Assembly (NCBI RefSeq): GCF_031769215.1
Contig: NW_026781915.1
Coordinates: 2,170,001-2,234,000 of the forward strand
Source: Ylistrum balloti
Taxonomy: Eukaryota
Direction of reading: 5' to 3'
DNA: 64,000 bases
Shown one piece after another: positions 29,386-42,600 of the stretch. Made by a program: the position numbers and the translations under genes. How positions within the stretch are numbered: the stretch's first letter is position 1; each line of letters begins with the position of its first letter. The notes below the pieces were generated by a model. The model was not told where the DNA came from. It searched no databases and saw only the letters and a list, made by a program, of their open reading frames with translations.

Positions 29386-32300
29386 GTAACATACGTTTTG
29401 TTCAATTCCATGGATCGTTTATTTTGACGAGCCTACGTTTAATACGAGATAAATGAGACGGGGATACATAATTTACATTCTAGAGGACGTCTGGAGTACA
29501 AAATCAATTTTCTGATGAGTTTCATAATTCACATATTAGAGGAAACCATTATAATATGTAATAATTATATAAGTTTATTTCGATGATAATATAATTTTTG
29601 TCACAAGTATTACATATATATTTACCAATGTTACAGACCTACATAGTCAAGAAATAACTCGATGTATTCACAAACCGTTAAGAAAATATTTGTATGTACT
29701 TTATGTCAAAAGTAAAGTTTTGTCAATGTATTTAGATAAATAGAAGTATAGAACTTAATCTTCAACTCTAAACTAATTGATATACAGGTTGTACAAACAC
29801 TTTATACTAGTCGTTTATACAGCCCAGTGGGTGTTGTACTACACAGTCGGTTTGCTCGAAAACTGAACACGTGCTTAGACAGAAGACGTGAACGGGGTAT
29901 GTGTGCGATACAAGCATTTTAACATAGTTATCTTGATATTTATTGATTGGCGAAAAATCTTTATAACGTTAGAAATAATAATATAATAATAATTGGATCG
30001 TCTTTTATTATCACATATTATTTACGCGCTAATGAAGCGATTTAGTTTTAGACAAGTCCCATGCACACCGTATAAAGTTTTAGCATGTTGCCTTAAAGTA
30101 AAAGGTTACAGGCTGTTATGTGACCTTTGTGTACAGTCAGTGTATCCGATCACCCGCACAGACCCTCTTTAGAACCGTATGACCAAATTAAATAGTAATG
30201 TAATTCTCGACTCCCGTACTGGGAACAATACAGTTTACTTTAATACATATGTATTAAAAAAGACTGTTATTTTACAGAGCGGACTTTAATCCAAATCCCC
30301 TGACTGCACAATAGAGCCAGTCTTTGTTGTAAACGTCATGCGTTACCTACCTAAACAATTGTGTAGGTATATTGATTGTGTGTAGTTCCCCCGATACTTG
30401 TACACGGTAGTGTGGCCGTGAAAATGTGTCCGTCGGTTTGATAACAGTCTGTGTTAATTTCAGGACATATCGGAATGCTGACCATGTGAGGTGCTCTCCT
30501 TCCGGGCCTAATTTCTATGCAACACAGGAGCACTGAGGTAAGTTTGCTGCCTCCTGGAAACATACATGTTCTTTATATCATATTAATGTAAGTAAATGGG
30601 TGACGATTGCGTTGATATGTACATTTTATGTTATACAAGTTTAAACGTATATGTTCGATAACCCGACAAGTCTCGTCCCTGATAAAATTAACCCATACCC
30701 CACATCACATACCTCCATATTTAAGTAACTCAATCCATACCCCCATCTCATTCCTGGTTTACCGTTCTACGTCCCTCCCTCGTTACCCAGACCTCACTCT
30801 CACCCTGGTCTCATTAGCTGTACTTTATTCGACATTATTTACCATATCATCGGTAATTGAACAAATGTTAAAAGGTAGGTCATCTTAAAAGAAAACAAAA
30901 CTTGATAGAAGTTTAACTGTATACCTTGGAATACATATTTATCATGATTACCAAACTTCGATGAAGATTTCGTTCTATTTACTAGAACACTTTCAAATTT
31001 TGATTTCAGTGTCATCGTTGCTACTTGTTTGCATACAATATATATACCCGAGTTAAATATGTTCCCTTTGGAAATTCTTACGATCTTCTGTAAAGTGAAA
31101 TAATTTGGACGTTACCACCAAAACCTGCCAGTGGGAAGAAAATAGACTGCAGCGTACTTCTCTGTCGTTTAATTATTTATGTAATTTGTGTAAGAATGAA
31201 GCTTAACTGGCATATGTCCTGTGTTAGATTATACTTAATATGGTTACAATACAGGATAATTATAACACCATGTACATGTGTGTATACCTGTACATTTATT
31301 CTATAAAATATGTCACAATTGCATTTGCAGTTATATGCAGTTAATTGGCAAGTCTGCAAATGGCTCGAAGTTTCATATCCTTCTTTTAGATAGGAATGAA
31401 GATAACGCTAGCTGACAACAAGCAGACAGATAGGGTGTATTTAAAATACATGTAGTATATATTATATAGTTAATATCATGGCGAAAAATCAAGACAAAAC
31501 CACGTGATTGTTTAGTTATCGTATTTTTAATTCTACATTTGATAGTATGTAATTTAGTATACATGGAGGTTATATTAAGATAAAAAATATAACCAATTAA
31601 ACAATAATTTTTTTTTATCTATGTTTCAACCCTTATAAACAGGACAGTTAAACTTGTAAAAATATGACAGGAAAACTTTAACGTTTAAATAGTCACATAA
31701 TATACACGGCCGGAAAAACTAAACTTGACCAGTAAAAATAAGCTTCTGTCCTAATGGTGTAAATAGAAACAGATCAAACTAACATGGCGTTGCTACAGTT
31801 GTACCTTTCTAGCACGGCTGAATGGACTGTTTCTTTACAATAATGTCCATATTTACAGATATACAACCAGTCATAAACATGTAACACTGGTGTTACATAT
31901 ACTGATTAATATCAACACAAACACAATAATGGCACAAAGAAAACTCACGCTGTTATCTCGTTTACAAATTTAAAACGAATAACGTAAAATGAAATACAAC
32001 AATCAAAATTCTATCGCCTTCCAGTGTAAAGTCAATATGTCACGACTTTTCACAGATTTAGAACAAATACACGTGTCCTGGATATTCAATTACACAGTAT
32101 TACCTGATGGTTATAGGGTTTGAAATGAATTGTATATTTGTTTACAGTGTGATATATATTGCTGGTTGATTAAACTTGGTGTTTACTTTTAACCCTTGAC
32201 AGACAGTCATAATTTGAATAATTACGAATGTAAACATGGGGATGTCAACTTGTCATGAATGCTAATTACATAGACCCAAATATTTCATGTCTAATTTTCG

Positions 32301-35300
32301 GTGTCAGTGTTGAGATAAAGGGAAACTATCATTGTCAAACTTTAATTTGTGTCCGAAGGGTGACCATTCATAGTGAAACACGCTAATCAGTCACGAAATG
32401 CGATGATTGCCAGATAAGCATTGTAATTTCTCCTCTCGACAGTTCAGAAGGCGGTCACGTGTACAATATTTTTTAATTTAAACCCCGGGCTAATTGTTCA
32501 ACCATATCATTATTAATCTGTTAAAAATAAAACCAAAGCGAGGGACACACGACAATAGCCTATGGTGTCATTGATATGGAACCTCCGTTTTCTTATAAGG
32601 CATGACCAATCGACATCGAAGAACAAATAAACTTGCATTGTATGCCTTTTCCTCGTTTACAACCATCAAAATCATTACGCCCTATTTATTTTTAATCAGT
32701 TTTATTTTGTCTTTCTTGACGTTTATTTAATCATTGTTCTGCACGTGTGTATGAAAGATGAAAATGTGCAGTCTCTTTCACGCTTAAATTACAATGAAAC
32801 TTTCATTTTTGCCAATGGAATGGACTAAAGTTTCAGCCTTTTTAAACAAGCTTTCCTCTATGACATAGACTTATATAGTATTTACACATTTGTACTGATA
32901 ACGCATTGAATCCAGATAGTTTTGTATTTTTATCGGATCTTTGATATATATACAAATTCAAGATAGATATAAATACCTGCACGAAAATATATGTCAGAAA
33001 TTGATTTGTATATAACACACGTCTAAGGACTGCACAACAAACCGCTTCCAGAGTAAACATATAAAGACCCATGTACCAAACTGGACCCATACTACGTCAG
33101 TGGCGTGCGTCCTGTTGTATCAAGGGAACATTAAAAAAAGAGAAAATTACGCCACCTTTATGTTACACTTAAACAAAATGGTTTAAGCTACACGACGCGT
33201 ATTCTCGAAATCCCGGGGGTTAAGGTCACACCTACAGAGAGTGTCAAAGATGAAACTCGCAATGACAATTAGACAGCTGACTTAGTCGCGCTGGTAATAA
33301 GCTGTACATTCTTTACTAGTTACTACCGCGTGGGGCGCACAGTGTCTGTGAAATAGGAAGATATTCCAAAACATAATTAGGTTTCAATGTTACGGAAATT
33401 GTAATAATAAACATTATACACCTGACTGCCTCGATAGAAATATGAATCTATAGTCTACTACATGGGTTTATTGTCAGTAATAAAATCAATCCTACGACAA
33501 TGAAATAGACGCATTTAAAAAGATAAAATTTGGATGGGCTTTGAGTTAATTATCACATCAAAAACAGAACTGTTTGGCATATCGACCCATTGTGTTGTTT
33601 AGAAATAATAGTCGTAAAAAATTTCGCTAGCAGTGTTGAACATAATACGATAACATATATGCATAAAACTATGCAGGGGCTATAATGAGAATGAATCTTT
33701 TATAACTTAGAGACAAAGTGTTAAACAAAATAACGATAATATTGTAATGTGATACAATACGTACAGGAAACATGATACCATTTACAAACACTTGTACATG
33801 TTTTAGAACAAACTTAGTCTGAACGGTTCTGGCTAGACGTGATTTTATCTTGTTTTGGTAGCGGACTCATAGTCAGAGTTTCTCTCTGCATTAAAACGGC
33901 AAATTCTAGCGACCCCAGCAAGGTTCAGCACTCAGTCAATGTATAATAGTTTTCAACATTTGCGATAGTTATAAATAATACATTGATGGAACATTTTTTT
34001 TACCAACTTGCATATGGGTCCAAGCAATAAAATAACCAAGTATTTCCAATAATTTCCCTCGACAATGTTACTTTCCAGCATATGTCAGCCATTATTCGGA
34101 ATTTTTTCTCTAATTCTTCAGCTTGCCTTGTCACAGGCTTGATAAAGTAGAAAACATCCCCGTTTCATAAATCTGGAAAGAAATTTTATCTCAAGTAGGA
34201 CCCCTTTTCCCTTTTCACCACTCATTCAATCGTACATGTATCACACTAGATAGGTGGCAAGTCTGTTGTCGTAGTGATGTGACAGGCTGGATATATCATA
34301 GACAAATAGTGTAGGTCTGTTTTTATATTGTCATAACATTCATAGTGTGTCCAGATTCTGAACGGAATGTCCCGTCATCAGTAGACCTGGTCACCCTATG
34401 GCCTTATCGGCGGCTGTTGCTAAGAAGTGAAACAAACACAAAACAACAATATAATTAACAATATGTTAGGTGACATCTCTCTACGACTGAATGAAATCGT
34501 TTGAGATAATTGCACAATCGATATACATTATCCTGTATATATATACAGCGTGGCTGTCGGGCAATGGCGCATCGTTGCGCAGAATACGACAATACTTAAC
34601 TTCATCCTCTAGAGATTAACTGTATGAAGTAGTGGAAGATCTTTTTATATAAACTCGTTCGAGCTTTTACAACAAAAAACCGGAGCTGACCGTGACCCAG
34701 GATAATCGCAGCAGATAAATTCTCTTGCCAAAAACAGATAAAAAACTTCTCATAACTTCAAGGAAATAATCCATTTGTCATATCAGGACGATCCTTTGCT
34801 TTTCATCGTTGTATTTACGTATGTTAAGTAATATCTGTCATTACGTATGCTGACATTTGTCATAAATCGAAAGGACTAATCTGATATCACACGCGCATGA
34901 AATTGAACTCTGATTTAAAGACGATTAACAAAACCAACGTTTGGTTGAAGAGAGACAAATGGCGGAATCAATCGCACCTGTCACACGGACAGATAAACTC
35001 AATAGAGATAGATGTGACGTGCACGGGGATCACTAACTAATCTTATCACCTGTGTGTTTACATTGCCACCCTTTGAGAAATGTGTACATGTTTTGGTCAA
35101 ATGACCGTAGGTCCTTTCGAGTCTTTGTCTATCCCGTTTTGTAATTGAAATGAGTACAACGACATTAACATCGACATGTAACCAAAAATAAATCGAGCGT
35201 GTCACTCAATTCGATAAAACGAGGGCAAATTATGAACAAAGAAAGAATTACAGGAAAAATATGAAGAGTACGCGGAGAATAAAATGAAATGTTTCTGAAA

Positions 35301-37833
35301 CTTGTTTTCTGCTCCATCTATTGAAAAATGGGACGACTCCTGACCGAAAAAGAGGCTTTCTAAGCATTAGCTATAGGCAAGATAATTTTTGATTGTTTAG
35401 GTGTTTCGTTCCTGGTAAAATAAAGATTATTTGAAAATCATACGTAAAATATCTATCTGGGTCAGTCTAAAGAATGAATATAAAACGATTAAAAGGATTC
35501 CTTTGTGGTCAAGGATTTCAGATCTTAGATTTCAGAAAACTATATGATAATTGGATAAAGAACGCGGATTAAGATATGTATTGATGATTGACATTTTGTT
35601 AAAGGGTCTTCTGCATAATTTTTTATATAGTTTATAGGAAGCGAGACCAGGGACCTTAAAAATTACCAAATATAATAATACTGAAATAAAAATGGCAACT
35701 AGTTAACATATGTGAGCGCGCTATGTCGAAACTGATAATAATTTATCACTTTATCACTGTAAAATATTTTAGTGTTATTACCCGACATTAAATACTCGAA
35801 AGTGCCTTGAGTGCTACCTAAATTTTGGACGAGTATGATAAATCAGGATTTAAAAGGTGTCATAGAATTTTGAAGTTCTTCCATTCCAATTAGAAGATAA
35901 AAGCCATAACTTTATCTTGTAAATCTTAAAATCAATCAGGAACGCTATACATTTACATTGAATATATCGAACACCTGTTTCCAAATCATGTCGCAAAATA
36001 TGATGACTATAGGATTTTAATCCTCATACATTCGTTTTAAATTCAGGCTCTTGGTCGGTCCAAAAGTAACCAATCTTTGTTGGAAGCTTTCCTATAAATG
36101 ATATAGTTTGGTAAATGTGATAGAGATCGAATGGTTTGTGTAACGGTACGAGAGAGATAGGGGATTAGTACAGAGACAGATGAAGAAGAAAACCTGTATT
36201 TATCTCTGTACAGCTAAATGTTAGCCACACACCAGATATTTCCACCAACACAAAGAATTCATGCTTTACCCGTTTTTCTATGTTTTACATTTACAGCATA
36301 ACGTTAGAATGTCAGATGTAAACACGCTGGTAGTCCCTGTTAAAGCATTTCGGTTGGAAGACTAAATAGAACTGTTTCTATCTCCTTCATCATCAGAGTA
36401 TCCCGGTAATAGCACAATTACTGTGGAACATATTGGAAGGTGACAATGACACACGGTAGTTAATGGTAAACCTTTTAGTCACTTAGACTCCGTTTATATA
36501 ACTAGATAAAGCAAATAGTCTTATTGGTGTTTCAGCATTTAAATTGTTATCTTGGTAATTACAAATGTTTATCATTACTTTGCTAATGTAATGGAGAAAC
36601 ACGAACTATATAGGTAAGTGATTTCATATACAATGTATACGTTTTTTTTTCTGATGTAGATTTAGACTAAGATTAAATATTGAAAATTGGTTTCATTTGG
36701 TGATCTGTGTTTAGGACTTCTGTAATGTACAGTAAAACACCTGTACGATATAGAAACTTAGATTACAGACAATCTACTTAACAGGAAGATCAATGTTCTG
36801 AATGGACAAAATGTAATACCATGTAACGATATTACTGGCAAGTTAAATGTCATAAGAACAAAGAGGCAATCATTCTTTAGAATAAGTTACACAATGATTT
36901 GAAACAGTACACGTCTGAAGCGATAAAACAATTGCATGTGCTGGTGTATGGATTGATCTTTTAATAAGATGTTCTTCAGTTTTCAGTAAAATGTTCAAAC
37001 ACATCATTTTTTGTGAAAGCAAGTCCAGAGTTGAGAGCCCTCAATTAATTTGTTTTCGGACAGGTCTCTCACCCTCTTTCTCTCTTGCACTCTCTAGTTT
37101 CTTTTTTCTCTTTCGGTCAATCATTGCATCTGTCTCTCTCGTACAATCGATGTGAGATTTGGAAAGGTATGCATATAGATATATACACTTCTGAGTATAT
37201 ATATCACATAATGTTCTGTAGAGTAGCACCTAGCTTTCACACTTACACTTCACCGGTGTTATAGATTACATGTCTGTCTAGGCGTGTTACGCTTATATAA
37301 TCATATATATTCAGGCTATAATTAGCACAATCTAAAGAGCCAGCCTATCATTGATTTTGTTTTGAGTAAATATGCGAACAATGACAAATTCCTTTCCTGT
37401 TTATTGGCAAGTTTGTTGACCTCGAATACATACACAGACGGGTGTTTCGATTTTGTCCCCATTCACCAACAAAAAATATGTAGCATACCTTCTCGGTTTA
37501 CTTGTCGGCTCTAATTTTATGATATGTATCGGTTAAAAGTCTGATGTATTATCAAAGATAGCTATATGTAAACGGTGTAATATGAACGACAGGTAGAAGT
37601 CACGTGCTAAGTGAACGTAGGTACCAGCTAAGCGATAGACCCTTAATGCATTTTCACAATTTTGGCACAAAGCTTCACGAGACATGACTGTCAAAACAAC
37701 CTTATCAGTTATCCACGTCTCTGCAACAACTTTTTCAATGTGGTGCGTCATGTCCCATGTCTCGAGGCGATAGCGTTTCAATATCGAACCCTGAGCGTGC
37801 AAAACATCAGAATGATTTTCTGTTTATGTCTTA

Positions 37834-38467
37834 CACTGATCATTAATGACGGTGTCAAAATTGCTCACTGTTTCACTGATCATGAATGACGGTGTCAAAA
37901 TTGCTCACTGTTTCACTGATCATGAATGACGGTGTCAAAATTGCTCACTGTTTCACTGTTCGTTAGTGACGAAGTCAATATTGTTAACTGCTTCACTGTT
38001 CGTTAGTGACGAAGTCAGTATTGTTCACTGTTCGTTAGTGACGAAGTCAGGATTGTTCACTGGTCGTTAGTGACGAAGTTAGTATTGTTTACTGTTTCAC
38101 TGTTCGTGTGAGACTAAGTCAGTATTGTTCACTGTTTCACTGTTCGTGTGAGACGAAGTCAGTATTGTTCACTGTTCGTTAGTGACGAAGTCAGGATTGT
38201 TCACTGTTTCACTGTTCGTTAGTGACGAAGTCAGTATTGTTCACTGTTCGTTAGTGACGAAGTCAGTATTGTTCACTGTTTCACTGTTCGTGTGAGACGA
38301 AGTCAGTATTGTTCACTGTTCGTTAGTGACGAAGCAGTATTGTTCACTGTTACACTGTTCGTTAGTGACGAAGTCAGTATTGTTCACTGTTCGTTAGTGA
38401 CGAAGTCAGTATTGTTCACTGTTCGTTAGTGACGAAGTCAGTATTGTTCACTGTTACACTGTTCGTC
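37834..38467. repeat. Composite minisatellite: a 40-bp unit x3 grading into 31/39-bp units (gttagtgacgaagtcagtattgttcactgtt[tcactgtt]c)
   Basis: Read directly; both unit types share a tcactgtt core. Confidence 0.9.
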
Positions 38468-39673
38468 GACAACCAAGTCAGTAGATCAAACATGTAAAAT
38501 TTACACGAGACAAATGATGCCCATAATGGAATGAGTGAGAGTAAGTTGACATGTTCATTTTAGTTTCTCTCTCCAATAATCCATTATCATATTTAGTCGC
38601 CCCATTGTTTGACAGCAAACAGCAATGCTTGGTATGTGAACTAATGCATAAGCAATTTGCTATTTGTCCTAATGTGGACATAGTCCCTTTGTTTACACTG
38701 TTTCTACAGACTCGCGCCAAACAAAGCTATCTCGATCACGTGTGAAAGATAAGTATTTCTGTAAATTGACAGGCAGAACAATATACTCGATAACTGTTTT
38801 CACATTTTTTCCCTTTTGATATGCTTACATTTATGGAATGAGTTTGGGAAAAGTTACGTCTTCTACCAACAATCCTGCACAAGCATAACATGACCGAGTG
38901 CATACGCTTTCAACACTTTATGGAATGATTTTCGTATAGTAAAAAGTTATGTAGAATGAATGACTGAGGGAATTGCCAGTCACATTAATATTATAGATGG
39001 TCTGTAAAGGTAAGTTAGCGTGAAAGTATGCATACTGATGATGGAAAACGTAACCGTGCAAAACATTCGTATGACTACAAACGGACTAGTGTATTTAGCG
39101 CTAACATATCAATACGCCATTTAAATGTACTAGGGAAACTTAAAAGTATAAAATCCAGGATGTATGTCTATATTTAGATATCAAAGACATGAGCTAACTG
39201 GTCTGAAGTATCGGCATTCTGTAAACAGTGGGCGTCAATGGAGTACATATACATACCATTTAATAAACATCAGGTCCTGTATCGTATGAACAATTTAAAC
39301 CCCAGCGTGATTGTGCGATCTGTGAAGTCAACTCCACGTCACAAATTATCTATTACCTGGACCCTTTCTAGATGAAATACAATTATCCGTATTTCTAGAC
39401 GGCATATCTGTTCAGCTGAAAAGGAAAACTTCAGTGGAAAATATTTTCTTGTATGAATTAGAGAGGAACAAAACATTTGACTTAATTCACGCACACACTA
39501 ACGGTATGTGTATATGTAAAACTTTTGTGCACAGAGAACGTCATTGACCGATTTAGAAAAGAATATCATAATTGGATATAACTGACTTTATTCGAAATAT
39601 TCATTTAAGTTAATTTTCTTCTCATTTTCAGAACAGGAAGTGATGTAACACGATCTGGACGTAGTCAGAAATT

Positions 39674-42600
39674 ATGGGATCAGGAAGCAGCTCAGCGACA
39701 AAAGCAGAGCAGCGCCCCGCCACCTCCCCAAATGTAGGCAAGACGGCACTAAACGGCTCGGCTGCAGCCCCAACCGTAGCTCGCACGCCTCGGTCTGCTA
39801 TGCCCGTGAGTTCTTCCGCTTTACAGTTTCAGTCTCCCCTCAGGGATGTTCGCACCTGTAGATACTGACGAGGTACGACCACTACACGCATGGCGACCAG
39901 TGCTCGTGCTTGTCGAGAATTGGCGTTAAGTGTAGCTTAGTACTTCGTCGGTGTTTTACAGGTCTATTGAGATCAGACGACAGTTAAATTATGACTGACA
40001 AATCATCAATATATCGAACCTAATTAATATATTAACAGTTTCGTTGAACATTGTGCTCCAGTCATTTCAGCGTTAAGATATCTGTGTCGTAGTTACTGTT
40101 ACACCGTCTAATGAATAATGACGAATCCCGAACACACGAGTAGACAATTATGTGCATAGAATGTTTTATCAAGATTCACGTATGATGCGCCAATGGTAAT
40201 TGCTATTTCTTTGTTCGCGTACCGCAAGCAAAACATCATGATACAAAGCATTTTCTATAGAAAAATCCGATCGATTACCACTTTCTTAGGTATATAACAC
40301 AACTTTATTGAATTCTTTTGTATCTTAGTTGAATTATTATGGAAGCCCTGAGAGAAACTTTTGGAAGAACTCATGTACATATATCATGAACACACCTGCT
40401 TTCTTCTGTCAATGGTGTAGCATGGAATGCGCATGTGTATATATTTTAGTTTAAATGTTGTGTAATTAGTCACTATAAACGTTTAGATGCACCCAAACTT
40501 TTTTATTTGTTCTATCCTGATATGAGCATGAATCCTTAAGTTCTAAATATTCATAGTCAATATCAAAATTCCTAGAAACAGGAGCAAATTATTTTTTTCC
40601 TCATTAAGCTTAAAATTATATATATATATACTCAGAAGTATCTATAGTGTTGATGATCGAGTTCACGTCAAAGAAGTGTAAATACAAGATCAGAGTGAGT
40701 ACCTGACAGGGAAAGTGGTATTATTTGCATTGGTTAATGTATTTGGTGAGGTGAATTTATTACAATTACCAAACAGTAATCGGCTCAAAATTCTATTTTC
40801 AAATTTCCTGTTCATGCTGCAGAATATGAAATACACAAAATACCAACTTAATTTACAAGCTTTCTCTACACTTCGTTTTTATTTTGTGCAAATCTATTCA
40901 TGGATATGACACAATGAGCAATTTTTGTAAAAAATGTAGTTATGTTCCTATATTGGAAGACATTTATTTAGCAACTTAACTCCATTGTGTATATACCTCT
41001 AAATGACAGGCTGCGAATCGGGACGAGGAGGATCAGAAGGTAAGACCTACTACAGTGTTTACTAAATAGAAACACATATTGACAAAAGCTGACACATGTG
41101 ATATCTCTAGAATACTAGACTTTAAAAATGATAGACAAATCATAACCTTTTTTCTATGTATGCACGAAGATTATATAAAAATAACAGATTTTAATATCAA
41201 GCATGATTAAGGATTTATTTTTTGTATTCTGGTGTCTTGTGTAACAAAATGCACGGATGAAAAATTTCAAAAATTATTAACATGTAATTTCAAATACGCA
41301 CCATGTGTAGAATGAATTGTGAAGAGGTAGCATTTGTTTTTCGTTACTCCCAAACCTCTGTACTACCCAGTTCACTGTATATATATGTATCTTAAACACT
41401 TTCAGAAGTCTTTTTCTCCATTTATTTCAGCCCTTCACACCGCCGTGAACTGACTCTTCCCCATGACAGTAGCTCCTTTTCCTTGCCCCTATCCCACACT
41501 ATTTAAACAGATAGTGACCAGTGTACAGACACTCTGTGTTGAGACATTCTATTGTGCTTCATTTTCCGTGTTTAGTCCATTTCCCCTCAAATAAACGTAC
41601 AACGTATCAACATCCCATACATATTACCTTGGTATTATTTCTGTATCTGTAAGAACTAATGCTACCTTTTCTTCACCACATATAGAATTACTCTCACCTT
41701 TAACGAATTTATTTACAGGCTCCTATATTATTTATGATATACAGTATTTTCAATAAAAGTCAGTATTTGATATGTGATATATTAGCTAGATTGTAGCAAT
41801 ATAGAAGCCAGTATATGATATGTACATAAACCAGTTTGTATTTCTTTTACAAACCAGTGTGTAATATGTGTATAACTGAGTAATTGTTTGACATTAACGA
41901 AATGGTCTTACATATGTTGTGTATCCAATTCAATACCAGCATCTTAAGTGCTCCAGACTTTTTCTTATCTGAAGACGCTCTAAATGTCATTGATAATACA
42001 GATAATAAACATACACTCAGGACATGTTTAGCGATAGTAGAGGCATATGATATTTCAAACTTAAGATTAAGAACATGCTTGTCTAGGAGCAGTAAGCAAT
42101 TAAAAAAAATACCTGATATGTTACATCAACAAATCTACATTTTATCCAATTATGTTTCTAGTCTTCGTAAATCAGGCGGAACTTTAAATCACAATTTATA
42201 TTGCTAAGATATATGTATCCCATTCAAGGCGACATGTCGAAACCGGACAGACTATTTAAGTCAATCATGTGTAAACCGGACAGATTGTGTAAATCACTCT
42301 TTAGTAAACTCACTGATTTACGATTTCTCATTCACCGAATATTTACACAGACAGAAAATATTTGTATGCCAGTTTAAAATGTTTATTATTATAAAAATGT
42401 TCCTATAAAAACATGAACCCTTAGCGGTACTGTCTTTTATGTCATTATAACGTCATGGTTGACGTTCTGTTTAGGATTGCTACTAAATCAAACATCCATT
42501 ACGCCTTTGTAATTATATTAACCAAGCAATAGAACCGACAACATATAGGAGTCGAGGTCATGTCTGTATGAACACAGTTGTTATTATTTATGTGAACTCC

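Noticed and set aside
34240-34455. Possible SINE remnant ending gctgttgctaagaagtgaaacaaacacaaaacaac
   Set aside because: The tail looks SINE-like, but there is no identifiable tRNA head or core and no second copy in the window; it needs a repeat library search.
41884-42207. 107-aa plus-strand ORF in an intron of the large gene
   Set aside because: No family was recognised and no convincing in-phase splice pair links it to the neighbouring exons.
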